Source: Octopus sinensis
Taxonomy: Eukaryota
Assembly: GCF_006345805.1 (NCBI RefSeq)
Contig: NC_043005.1
Location: forward strand, 102,796,001 to 102,860,000
Length of the DNA stretch: 64,000 nt
Direction of reading: 5' to 3'
Shown here: positions 27,347 through 39,798 of the stretch, piece by piece
Position numbering within the stretch: the stretch's first letter is position 1
Layout: every line of letters starts with the position of its first letter
Translations under genes and position numbers: made by a program
The notes under the pieces: generated by a model
Told to the model about the DNA's origin: nothing
The model's input: the letters and a program-made list of their open reading frames with translations, nothing else
Databases searched by the model: none

Positions 27347-28069
27347 GCGCAGGAGTGGGTGTGTGGTAAGTAGCTTGCTAACGGTTGCTTCTGCGCATGT
27401 GCGAGTCAGTGTTGTGTTCGGCACTGAAGCGGTGAAGACGTGCCATTGAAGCCGTCTTGAATTGAAAACTTTGGAAGCCCCATGTAAGGTAAGATTCTGT
27501 TTTCTGGGTCCAGTCGGAGTTTTTGTTGAGAATTGTTTTTTACAGGCAGGAAGTCCTACTGGATTCAGAATTCTGATTCTGCAGACATGTGGCAAATATA
27601 TTTTTCTCGCTGCGAAAATTTTTAGGGGCGTATCCGTCTTCGATAAATTGAGTAAATATTTCTCTCACGTAATTGTGAGAATTGTATTGTGCTGTGAAGA
27701 ACTTTTATGAATTGTGAAAACTACTACTTCGCAAGAAAATTATAAAAATAAGCCACTATTGGACTACCTTTCGGACCCATTTTTGTGGAGGTTGTGTTGC
27801 AGTTGCGGCGTTCCAGGTTCAACCCAGGCCGGGAGTACCGCAAGGCCAGAATATTTTTGCTGTGTTTTTTCTGTTTATTAACTTTCTTTTGAACTTCATT
27901 TAACCCTCCCTTTTGTTTTTTTTCTTTATTGCGACTTTCCGTTGATTTCTTCCCTTCTGTTGTGCTTTCTCCATTTTGTTTTTTAAAAAATCTATCAAAT
28001 TTTATTTGGACTTTTCGACATTTTTCTTCCTGCTTTTTGAGTTTAATTTGAATATATTTTTAAAAAAAC

Positions 28070-29314
28070 ATGGCAATGAAAAATAACAAAATTTTGGAGT
28101 GGGAAATCATACCACCTAAAAAGTGGTTAAATGACCGTGAAGATAGGACGGTGGTGTTGAGAACCTACTCCAAGGCACTCGACACCATCGCCTTATTCGA
28201 AAAGACGGCAATTGAGGAGGAGTTGGAAGAGTATTTGCCAACAATTAAATTCATTTCCAGGGGTGTCAAATATGCAACGGTGTGGTTGCTATTTGACACC
28301 CCTGAAGAGGCTTGCAAATTTGCTAGCAAACCCCTGGAGGGTAAGGAAATCTTATTCCTGCCCACGTACAAAAAAAAGAAATTGATGAAAGCTTGGATAT
28401 GCGGATTGCCACCCGACATAGAACCCGAGTGGATAGAGGAGACTATCCGCCGGGGTCTGGGTGACAGCGAACCTAAGCTCGTCAATGTAAAAGTTCTTCC
28501 TGCGGCTGCTTGGGTTGGGTCAAAAGTAATTTTGACCCTGTGGACCCAATCAGCCAATCTGGTTCTTCCAGATTTTTTGAAAATGGCCGGGTGCAGGTAC
28601 CCGGTGATGCTTGAGGGTCACCCCCCTAAGTGTCATCGGTGCTTGGAGTCCGGCCACATAAAGAAGAACTGTCCTCGGGAACAAAATAGGATCCCGGAAC
28701 AGTTAAGTAAAACCCCTCTAGAAGAGGGAACGATAACGGCCGAGAAAGCGGAGGACTCCTCAAACAGAGGCCGAAAGAGGAAGGTGAGCAACAATGGGTG
28801 CTCACCAAGGGATAATAGGGATGAGGAGAGGAAGGCGAATCTTCCAGCCACGGAGGAGACGCACCCTCCCTCAGTTGAAAAGGGAAAAAAAAAGAAAAAG
28901 AGGAAGAAAAACGGGACATTACCGGCTGTCAGTGTAGCACCGGAATGTCCCGGAACTACGTCGGTTGGGGTTGTGCCACCGACAAGAGAAGGAATACCGT
29001 TGGCGGGAACTGCGCCGCCAACGAATGAACTGAACGTATTGGTCCTCTTCTATAGAGGAGGAGAAATTGAAAAAGTGATGGAAGAGCACTACAAGGGAGC
29101 ACCTTTAGCCTTCACACAGGACCCCGAATGGCCTCCGCAGGTAGCTGTGGAGGCCGTGACGTTCGACGTGACGCTTGGGCTAAAGGAGTTCAATGAAGAC
29201 TATAACTTGGTCCCGGGCGACGCTGACTCGGAACTTGATTACGTTCTGAGGGAGGCGTGGTTGATGGTGGAGGGCGCGGGCACAAGCTATTTCGAGGACG
29301 ATATGTATTATTAG
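28070..29314 (+). CDS. Gag-like/LINE ORF1 nucleic-acid-binding protein with CCHC zinc knuckle (414 aa)
   Basis: Uninterrupted ORF with aaacATGG start and CHRCLESGHIKKNC (CX2CX4HX4C). RRM-like N-terminus (VWLLFDTPEEA, AWICGLPPDI) and a basic KKKKKRKK tract. Confidence 0.85.
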   Translation: MAMKNNKILEWEIIPPKKWLNDREDRTVVLRTYSKALDTIALFEKTAIEEELEEYLPTIKFISRGVKYATVWLLFDTPEEACKFASKPLEGKEILFLPTYKKKKLMKAWICGLPPDIEPEWIEETIRRGLGDSEPKLVNVKVLPAAAWVGSKVILTLWTQSANLVLPDFLKMAGCRYPVMLEGHPPKCHRCLESGHIKKNCPREQNRIPEQLSKTPLEEGTITAEKAEDSSNRGRKRKVSNNGCSPRDNRDEERKANLPATEETHPPSVEKGKKKKKRKKNGTLPAVSVAPECPGTTSVGVVPPTREGIPLAGTAPPTNELNVLVLFYRGGEIEKVMEEHYKGAPLAFTQDPEWPPQVAVEAVTFDVTLGLKEFNEDYNLVPGDADSELDYVLREAWLMVEGAGTSYFEDDMYY

Positions 29315-29323
29315 TAATGGACT

Positions 29324-29436
29324 TAAGTCCAAAAATTGAAAAATTGTAAGAGGATTAATACCTCGTTTTGTATTAATAATTGACTGCTAAGTCCAAAAAT
29401 TGGAAAAATTGTAAGAGGTTTAATACCTCGTTTTGT
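29324..29436 (+). repeat. ~48-bp direct repeat in the retroposon 3' UTR
   Basis: taagtccaaaaattg(g)aaaaattgtaagagg.ttaatacctcgttttgt at 29324-29371 and 29388-29436. Confidence 0.9.
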
Positions 29437-30203
29437 GTTTATCTTTAAAAAGAACAATGTTTTAGAGAAGCGAAAGCCGGCGGGCGCTTTTTGTCTTCTT
29501 CCATCCTTATCTTTCTTTCATTATCATTCACCTCATTAATGTCCTCGTCCAGCCCGCAAAGCTAACTTAATCTGTGTACTGCCTTTATGGCAAATGTTTT
29601 GAAATAAAGTAGCTTGCTAACCAACCACATGGTTCCGGGTTCAGTCCCACTGCGTGGCAACTTGGGCAAGTGTCTTCTGCTATAGCCCCGGGCCGACCAA
29701 TGCCTTGTCAGACGGAAACTGAAAGAAGCCTGTCGTATATATGTATATATATATATGTATGTGTGTGTGTTTGTGTGTCTGTGTTTGTTCCCCTAGCATT
29801 GCTTGACAACCGATGCTGGTGTGTTTACGTCCCCGTCACTTAGCGGTTCGGCAAAAGAGACGGATAGAATAAGTACTGGGCTTACAAAAAGAATAAGTCC
29901 CGGGGTCGAGTTGCTCGACTAGAGGCGGTGCTCCAGCATGGCCGCAGTCAAATGACTGAAATAAGTAAAAGAGTAAAAGAGTAAAAGAGTGGTTTCAATT
30001 CCTAGTCTGGGCTATTCATTGCGTTCTTGAGTAATACACGTAATCTCACGTTGCTCTGTAACCACTTCTACACTCAAGGTACGATGAGCGGTGCACCAAT
30101 TCAATCATATATGAACTTATACACACACACACATAAATATATATACATGCACACATCTATATTTATTTATTTATCTATCTATTTCTTTATTAAAGAAACA
30201 TAA

Positions 30204-30438
30204 TTATGCCCAGTCAATGGTGTTACCCTGGGTTCCACATGCATAAAGCGCTTAGCTTTATGTTGTTTCCAAAAACTCTAATGGCCGTTGGCCTAAATAT
30301 TTCTCTTCAAAGTGGAGGGAGAAAATACTAATTTCAAGGGAGGTTATAGGCCACCGGCCATTAGGACCTGAAGAAACATCGTAAACCTAAGCGCTTTATG
30401 AACGCGAAAACCGCGGTAACCCCTTAGACCGGCTTTAA
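30204..30438. mobile_element. Fold-back MITE
   Basis: ~100-bp imperfect inverted arms (cataaagcgcttag/ctaagcgctttatg; ctaatggccg.tggccta/taggcca.cggccattag). Confidence 0.7.
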
Positions 30439-30584
30439 ATATCTCTATCTAATTACTCTACTGCTTTATAATTAAGAGTGTGCTTCTCTTTCGGATTTAT
30501 AATTAGCTGACGGTATATATATATATACATACATACATATACATACATATATATTTACATATTTATATATTTATATATTTATAT

Positions 30585-30644
<60 letters not shown>

Positions 30645-30911
30645 GCACCTAATAATCAACACATACGTGTGCGAGCACGCACACATGTTGCTGGTCATCT
30701 TAAATTATCCCAGAGATTAGTTAGAATTTAAATGTTGTTTACCAAAACTGAAATGAAAGAAGACTTGGAAAATGGACTGGAATATATAGAAATTCATTAT
30801 GCAATAACGATAAACTTATCATTTTTGCAACGAAGGTACAAATTTAATATAGATAAAGAAATAAAATTCAATTACAGTAGAATTAAGAAATTCTTCTCGT
30901 AGAAAGATATG

Positions 30912-31110
30912 GCTTCAAATTTTGGCACAGGGCCAGTGGTTTTCGTGAAGAGAGTGGGGGTGTCGTTTAGTTGTCTAGGACTTATTTTATCGACTAAAAA
31001 ATGTCGAAATGAACTGACCATTGCAGAATTTGAGCTCAGAAAGTAACTATGGACGAAATACCGCGAAGCAATTTTTCCGGCATGCTAAAGTTTCTGGCAG
31101 CTGGCCGCCT
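30912..31110 (-). mobile_element. Old SINE family B relic
   Basis: acttattttatcgac...gaatttgagctcagaa...gacgaaataccg...gctaa...ctggcagctggccgcc. Confidence 0.65.
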
Positions 31111-32448
31111 TCTCGTACAAAATAAACGAGTTAAATTTTTTGATTCATTAGCGACTAGAATAAAACATGAGAGTACTCTTTTTATTGGTAATTGAGTAAT
31201 CAGGGTCGTTATAACGATTATAGAGATCGAACATATAGAAGCAACGGTGAGTAAAATCAGCATACCATGATGAATATGTGAACGAAAACTCTACACAACA
31301 TGTAATAAATATTTGATTTGTGTATCCATGTAAATTGGGCTCAACATAATGAACATCCGATAAGACTGGGCAGGTCTGAATTAAAAGAGTGCCGAACGTA
31401 TAAACGACTTGTTTTCAATTATAGACTATATACCGAAACAGACTTTATAATGGTCACATGAGCTAGAATTTGCACACAGGAAATTGCCTAAAGTGTACGA
31501 CAAAACAAATGGAAAACTGTATAATGCAGTTATGCAACAGATATAGGAGTACGATCGATCATAAACTCTTCATGCGACCAGCTTTTGTGAATTCAGAATG
31601 TACATGCAGCGTTAATTTCAGAAATTATATTCAGTGGCGAATACGTAAATATTAGCAAATCAGAAAAGACAACAAGTTGTGTAAACTCTTATAAAAATTC
31701 AACATCAAAATATAAGAGACAACATGTTGATAATAACATAATTTTCCGCACTATTTAACTCATCATTACGCTGTATATTTACTCTATTTATATCGACCTA
31801 ACGTTTCGATTGATGTGTTCTCCGGTGATTATCGTCAAATATATATTCCTGGAAATGTACATGATTCAAAGATTATATTAGAAACACAAATATTGTAAAT
31901 GTAAACCCTAAAGCATAGGTTAATAGCCCGGAAAACTATAATCGTGCCACACTTGTCATTGATAACATCCATGATATTTTATATTATTATGAGACAGTCT
32001 TTGCAAGGAAAACAGAGATAAAACTGGTTATTGTTAAATCTGTATTTAGAAATACAGGTTCCGTTAATGAGTAAACTATAGAGATGGGTTTAACGAAGCA
32101 ATGAAGTGGTGAGTATTTTATAAGGATAGTTTCAAAACGCTTGTTAAAGGAGAGCGTATTTGTTAATTCTCTTTGTTAATTCTCTTAGACATGGAATATT
32201 AAAACATGTTAACCGAATGTAATAAAACTCACGTGTAATTTTACAGACGCCTACTAGTGAAATGAAAATAAATATTGCTTGACAGAAGAGCTTTATTTAC
32301 CCATAGCAGAAGATGGCGACAACTTCATTTATCTCTCTTGACATCTGTGTTTGTGTAATTTAACTAATATTTTGTATAGCTAACTCTACTGCGTTTGTGA
32401 ATTTAAATAGTCTTGATATGGCTACATATTTATATACATGTACGTACT

Positions 32449-32480
<32 letters not shown>

Positions 32481-32517
32481 CATTTGTTTATGTATATATA
32501 GATATATATGTGTGTGC

Positions 32518-32563
<46 letters not shown>

Positions 32564-33217
32564 AGAATATAAATATGTATGTATGAATGCATCTATCTAT
32601 CTATCTATCTACCTGTATATATATATATATATATAAATTCATGTGTATGTGTGTTCGTATTTATGTGCTTTTTATGTTGTTGCCTATATAAATTAGCGGT
32701 GTTTTATAGCACATTTTATAGCATATATACGTACACATCACGCACTTAGTCCATAACATTCCACTAACACATTTATACTTTTAATTTTCATGATAAAATA
32801 ACTTCAATAAGAATTTTAAAATGACCAAACTGAATCCGTAATAATATTAATGATGATGTTTACTTGTATATAATGTAATTAAAATGTAACTTAACATTAT
32901 AGTTAAGAAATATGAAGATACAGAACATTAAACTTATTTTATTATTCAGGAGCGAAATCTCAAAGTTTGTATAAATTGATGTTTCAGAGCCAAGACAAAT
33001 TATCCGAAATAACATTCTATCGACTCAACTGTTTAGTGGCAGTGACCAATTTCACCAAATGTTATTGACATCGTCCAATAATATGTGGGAATGATATGCT
33101 GACGCCATAGCTTGTCTATGTTAACTAACTTTCACATATGTAGAGTAATGTTTTACGCAATATATTATACTCAAATTCACATTATCTGCCCCATTATCAT
33201 GTTTTAGTGTTTTCTAA

Positions 33218-33254
33218 AATAATAATAATAATAATGATAATAATAATAATAATA

Positions 33255-33315
<61 letters not shown>
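33218..33315. repeat. (AAT)n microsatellite
   Basis: Direct repeat run. Confidence 0.95.
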
Positions 33316-33321
<6 letters not shown>

Positions 33322-33355
33322 TGAATTATTACTATTATTGTTATTATTATCATTA

Positions 33356-33513
33356 TACAAAGATCTGGAAATAGAGGTAACTCGAATGTGGAGCCTAGAA
33401 ACAGAAACAGTTCTTATAATAATATGTGAGTTAGATATAATAAAAAAGCATAACCAAAGCCCCAGGACTTACAAATGTATATACGGAAAATAGCACTTCT
33501 AGGAGAGGCACTT
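33356..33513 (+). mobile_element. R4/Dong-type (RLE) non-LTR retrotransposon 3' coding fragment
   Basis: Translates YKDLEIEVTRMWSLETETVLIIICELDIIKK...IRKIALLGEA, the recognisable C-terminus of restriction-like-endonuclease LINEs. Confidence 0.7.
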
Positions 33514-34064
33514 GTGTATGAGGCTCACGGTGACCTTAAGTTTATGGGATTTCACGAATAGCTCTAACTGGGGTTGCTTTTGCATCAGGAGTATATGTGT
33601 TTGACCATTCGAGTTGTCTATATAAACTTCACGCTTTTTAAAATGTCCTTGTTAATGTATCTCTTACACGTCGATTTTGCCTCGTGGCAAACCATTAGCA
33701 CCAAAACACGCACCAAAATCAGCACCACCGACCGCTGCCCCATCTATCGCCACCACCACCAACAACAACACCATCATCACGACCACCACCAAACTCTTCA
33801 TCATCATCATTATGATCATCATCATCTTCTTCTTCATCATTAATTTATTGTCTGCCATTGTGATGTCTCCTCATCTTCGTCCTTTTTGGTTAATAAAAGA
33901 AATTGTTATTGTTATTATCAATAATATTAATACGCCAATTTGTTTTTTTACGTCTGTTTCTGTTGCCTGTCCCACTACTTAAAAGGAAAGCGAAAGTAGC
34001 AAAGTGGGAGAAAGGAGGACACATTCTGCTACTATAACGAAAATTTATCTGGTACATCCTAGGT

Positions 34065-34239
<175 letters not shown>

Positions 34240-34624
34240 CCATTTTACAACCATCACCACCTTCCTCAATTTTGTTTCCCTTTGATTTTCTTCTTCGTTG
34301 AAGAAACGAAAAAGAAAAATCCTGCAAAATACACGAAGTATTTTCCAATGAATTATGCCGTCAGATTGGCATGTGTGGGGTGGGGGGAGCGATGGTGACA
34401 AAAAGGAATAAATGATATTTGTATTATCAGAAGTTTCTCTCTCACACACATTCTCTCTCTGTCTCTCTCTGTCTCTCTCTCTCTTACATATACACATATA
34501 TACATATATACATATATCAATACAATTTATATATATAATATATATATGTATATAAACATATATACATACATATATATACACATATACCCACACAGACATA
34601 GATACAGACGCATACATATATATA

Positions 34625-34706
<82 letters not shown>

Positions 34707-34769
34707 GTATATATATATGTATATATGTATATATGTATATATGTATATATATGTATATATGTATATATG

Positions 34770-34842
<73 letters not shown>

Positions 34843-35188
34843 CATTGTTATGATCTTTCATTGAGGTCGGAAAAAGCTGGCAAGTGGGAGATAATCGGAA
34901 ATACGATTGCTGAATTTAGTAAGAAAAACAGGATTTAGAGATCAGAAAAAAAAGATAACTTCTTAAAGTGTAAAGTTTAATGTATTTTGTTGCCACAAAT
35001 TTTCCATCTCAGGTGAATTTCGACAACAATGATACAGTTCCACAAAACCCAAGAATACGCTCTTAATTTCCGGTTGGAGGCGATAAATGAAAATATTTTC
35101 GCAGGCAACTGTTTGCAATCGTTTTAATTTAGTTTTATTTTCCTAAGGAAATTGTAAAAGAGTACAAAGAAAATAATGATAACAACAA

Positions 35189-35222
<34 letters not shown>

Positions 35223-35397
35223 AATAATAATAATAATAACAATAATAATGCTGATAGCGATAGAAACTATAATAAATGTTGGTTTGTAGCAAAAAGCAGT
35301 ATTTTCGTATAAGATACTGTCATTCTGAGACAGAAACCTTTATTATTACATTCTGTTGTACTATAAACATATCGTATTTGTATATATGCCTGTGAAT

Positions 35398-35443
<46 letters not shown>

Positions 35444-35451
35444 CACACATA

Positions 35452-35482
<31 letters not shown>

Positions 35483-36441
35483 TATATATATATATTATAT
35501 ATATATATATATATATAGATATATATATAATATATATATGTTTTTGTGTGTGTATGCATATATATATGTGTGTGTATCTATCATTGGGGGATTATATTTA
35601 TGCATATATACATATATTATGTACACATATATACACATACACATATATGCATATATGTATAGACATATACATATGTACATGCATAAACACAAACACGCGC
35701 ACACACACACACACAGCCACACACACAGGCACACAGACACACTCACGCATGGACACGCACCCAAATATACAGGTGAGATAAACTGTGAGACAGAAGGAGA
35801 CTGAAAGATAAACGAATAATTAGTGAGAAGCATACGAAAACAATTCGGATTTTCCTGTGAGATGTTCATTAAAGCTGATAGCAACAATAAAACAACATGA
35901 GAAAGGACAAATTGTTGATAATTCTTTTATCGCTGAAACTAAAATGGAAGATGTTAGTTTATAACCTTATTTGGCATAAGCGTAGCAATAAGTACTCGGC
36001 TTAGACTTCTGTATAAATTGCTCTTATTGAATAATTCGCTGAAATAGCTGTTAGTTTTTGTTCCATCTAAAAAGCACGCCCACACATTTTGAGGATCACT
36101 CAATGTTTGTCTTAGTATTTCATCATCTACTTACCAGAATCTGTATATTGTAGATCTGTGGTTAAATTCTCCAAGAATTCTAACATAGCAAACCCACGAT
36201 TTCCAGATAATTTTTCTATTACATTCCAACAAATTTCCAGAGGTTTCTAAATTCAATTTCCAGAGGTACCTTAACAGAGTTTTCACTATTTGTCTTACAA
36301 CTGTCATACATCTTAATCAATGTAAGCGCACATTGCAAAACAGTGACGTTACCTACTCTATAAATTACCATTGTCTCTTCAATGATCACCAGTAAATCAC
36401 CAGAAGTTTAGTAATCATGTCTGTGGGTATATTTTCACATC

Positions 36442-37310
36442 AATGTCCGTAGATCATCTACGGACATTTATGTAAGTAAAATTACGTAATATGTTAATAG
36501 TGAAACATGTATGAGAATATTGAGAACATTTATGAGAACATTTCTTAGAGAACATTTCTTAGAGGTAAGACCATAGCGGATCTATTTCTAGCATAAGGGT
36601 GTCCACATAGTGGTTCCCTTTAATATTTATATAATACAATTTTACTGAACCTTCAGTTTTTTTATATGCTAGACCAGTGGTGTGAAATCGATATTAATTA
36701 AATTAATATCTAATTTCTCACCCTCATTTTAAATTTAAATATAAATTAATACGTTCTCTAGCCGGCAAAGGTCACTGCAGTAAAATATTATCTGCGGCAT
36801 CAGTTATTCCGGTAATTTAGCGCGCCAAAACGAGGGCATTTAAAATAGTAACCACGAGTGTAATGGGTAGGACTGTTTTACAAGTTTGACTTCATGCGGA
36901 CGTCCTAGTATGCAGTCCTGCAAGTTATATTCATCTGGACGGTCGCACCGATGATCTACGGACATTTATGTAAGTGTAATTATGTAATATGTTAATAGTG
37001 AAACATGTATGCGAATAATCCATATTTTTATTGACTTTTCTTTTGTCTTGCTCAATTACGTTTTGGTTGATTTGCTAAATTTTTCTTGAGAACATTTCTT
37101 AGTGGCAAGACCATAGCGGATCTATTTCTAGCATAAGGGTTTCCACATAGTGGTTTCCATCTAATATGAATATAATACAATTTTACTGAACTTTCTGTTT
37201 TTTTATATGCTAGACCAGTGGTGTGAAATCGATGTTAATTAAATTAGAAAGTATACGAAAACAAATTTGTATGTTTTCTAATTTCTCACCCTCATTTTAA
37301 ATTTAAATTT
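36442..37310 (+). mobile_element. Second tandem HHR-bearing element (~500-bp unit, older)
   Basis: Diverged direct repeats at 36456-36745 and 36954-37310, a 5' palindrome at 36442-36468, and a 3' end in (TA)n. Confidence 0.7.
36943..37014 (+). ncRNA. Degenerate minimal hammerhead ribozyme with long stem II
   Basis: tcgca-CCGATGA-t-cta-cg-gacat...atgtt-aa-tag-t-GAAAC-at-GTA-tgcga. Palindromic acatgt stem III and a U4C core change. Confidence 0.6.
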
Positions 37311-38484
37311 ATATATATATAGTAGGGAATATAAATATAAAATTCCAAATTTACAGGGAAAAATTCAATTTGGCAATACTAAATCAAATTTCACAATATA
37401 TAATATATGTATATAAGTAAGTGAAATAACCTCTATTAAGTAATTCAAGTGATAGTGAAAGATATTATCTATATCAAATCATATAGAAAAATGTAAATAT
37501 ATTATAATATTATCTAATCAACTATTCCCTAGCCGCTTTAACTGCATTAACTTCATCATAAGTCATTTGTTTATTATGTACAAATGAATTTATGTAGATA
37601 TTACTATCTAATAAGAAAATTTAATTAACTCCCAAGATGACAGAAAAATTAAATGTAGACATAGGTTAAATTACTTATATAATAAGTTTAGCTAATTTTT
37701 GTATATATATATATATATTTATATATTTATATATATAAACCCCTGATTTATGTTACTGATTTATGTAGTTATAATTTGTAGTAGTATAATGAGTATAAAT
37801 TAGCCGTAGATTACGTAGTGTATGGACAGAACTAGATTAAGATTAAACCAAGGTGTTTATAAAATATAAAAAATAAATAAATGATGATTATATATTAAAT
37901 TATCGAAATTTAGTTTATTTTATGCATAACGTTTTCTCGTAAAGGCGAGCAATAGAAGAGAGAGCACGTGTTTATTTACAATGCATTTTTTCATTTATTA
38001 AGTAATGGAACGCACGCATGCCGACTTTTATTTACAGTTTTTTATATCTGTGTGACTCTTCTTGCCTTCACTATTCCTCCTTTTCTCTCTCTCTCTCCTT
38101 TTCTCTCTCTCTCTCTCTCTCAAACTCTTTTATTTCCAGCCTTTCCACTTTCATTTTTTCTCTTTCATCCTCTTACTTGTATTTGTTGCATTTCTCCTTT
38201 CTCCCTATTCCTCCTTCCTCCCCTCCATCGTTTTCTCTCTGTCGCTCTCTCTACCTCCCTCCCTCTCTCTTGCCCTCTTTCTCCTCCATCTGTTGCTGAC
38301 ACATGAGCCGTAGTCAGCTTTCCTCATCCTTTCATTCCGTACTTTTTGTTCACATTAGTTGCGTAGCTTGAACTTTCGTAAAAATTTCTTTGTGTCTTGT
38401 TATTTGTTGTTTTCTATATCCATTAGGATATCTTCAAAGCTTTACTCACCATTCTTGTCTTTTTGGTCCTAAGGCTGTATTTTG

Positions 38485-38584
38485 NNNNNNNNNNNNNNNN
38501 NNNNNNNNNNNNNNNNNNNNNNNNNNNNNNNNNNNNNNNNNNNNNNNNNNNNNNNNNNNNNNNNNNNNNNNNNNNNNNNNNNNN
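38485..38584. other. Assembly gap (100 N)
   Basis: Run of N. Confidence 1.
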
Positions 38585-38659
38585 AATACTTTATCGTTCT
38601 GTGACATCCTTATATACTTGTATATGTCACAAGTTGATATCTGATGGTATAAACATACC

Positions 38660-39620
38660 AGTAATTCATATCATTAAATCTAGGTGATCTGAAATTTTCA
38701 AATTGTGTTAGTCTTATACCATCAAATTTAATATTTCCATCTTTCTTCAGAATTACACTTATCTCAAACTGCTAAATATGTTTAGCGTTTAGATCAGAGA
38801 ATCCAGATCTGTTCCATTTTCGTGTACAGTTTGAGGTCTTGTCTTTTATCCTGGCACTAGTAAGCTCACAGGGAAGGAAACCAGGATTTTCATTGCATAC
38901 TTGTCAGATGAAAAGTAACAAAGTGAGCGAATCTCCTTGAAGAAATATTCATGTGTATTTTCAGATTTCCAATTAATTCACTTCTCTGGTACTTTTTCTA
39001 ACGAACTCTTTATCAACTTATTGATCACAAGTGCTCTCAGGTACTCTTTCTTTTTGTAGCTTATTCCACCAATAGCTATTTTGTTTTTAATTATATTTCG
39101 CTTAATATGATAATGTCGATATTCAACAGCTCTGCAATATACCTTGACATTCTTCTACATCCCTTTTGGTCCATAGAAACTATGCTGTTCATCGTATAGT
39201 CCATCATATCCAGAGTAGTTTTAAGCATATAACAGGCCTATACTAAGTGATTAAACCTGTTTTGTTTTGTTTTGTTTTTTTGATATTTTGGGGGCCTTCC
39301 GTATGTGCACTTCTTATTTCCCCCATTGCCATTTTTTTATATACAGGCAGTAAGAAACGTCGTACAAATCTGTGCTTGCTTATGAAATTTCGTGGCAGAA
39401 TTGCTACAAACCATCACGTCCAGTGTTTTCAAGATTGGTATTTTGTTAAGTACTTTTACCAGTTTCACATTTCTAATATCTATATTCTCGTGCTTTGCCG
39501 AAGTTTCCCCCTCATTTTTAATTTACTTGGTATCGTCCTTCATATATTGTAGCGATTCACATCAAATATTTAGTCAAAAGTTTTCTTGCTCCTTCAGCAT
39601 TTCATACACCATTCCCCTGA
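38660..39620 (-). mobile_element. Heavily degraded LINE (ORF1 knuckle plus APE endonuclease)
   Basis: Minus-strand fragments VCSNSATKFHKQAQIC (knuckle-like), SIVSMDQKG...LLNIDIIILSE (APE N-terminus) and ISDHL (APE C-terminus), with many stops. Confidence 0.4.
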
Positions 39621-39681
39621 TGTACGTTCTATTTGACCAGCTGTTTCCTTTCTTTGTTTGATCTGCTTACATTGGTTTCCC

Positions 39682-39798
39682 CTTCTTCTTCTTCTTCTTC
39701 TTCTTCTTCTTCTTCTTCTTCTTCTTCTTCTTCTTCTTCTTCTTCTTCTCTTCTTCTTCTTCTTCTTCTTCTTCTTCTTCTTCTTCTTCTTCTTCTTC
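39682..39798. repeat. (CTT)n microsatellite
   Basis: Direct repeat run. Confidence 0.95.

Larger units (their letters stand above)
27383..29606 (+). mobile_element. ORF1-only non-autonomous non-LTR retroposon (HAL1-like architecture)
   Basis: Perfect 15-bp TSD aagtagcttgctaac (27368-27382 / 29607-29621). ~690-bp 5' UTR, single ORF, ~290-bp 3' UTR ending at AATAAA. No RT, LTRs or TIRs. Confidence 0.85.
27346..29990 (+). mobile_element. SINE family A interrupted by a 2.2-kb insertion
   Basis: The head (27346-27382) and the remainder (29607-29990) together rebuild the uninterrupted copy seen at 12036. Confidence 0.92.

Noticed and set aside
28165-28919. Minus-strand ORFs overlapping the zinc-knuckle gene
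   Set aside because: They are antisense shadows of the real plus-strand ORF.
36040-36430. Degraded LINE endonuclease (minus-strand ILGEFN)
   Set aside because: A single short motif is not enough to support the call.
37525-37565. Possible decayed minus-strand HHR (atgatgaag...aaagcggcta)
   Set aside because: Too many core mismatches and no convincing stems.
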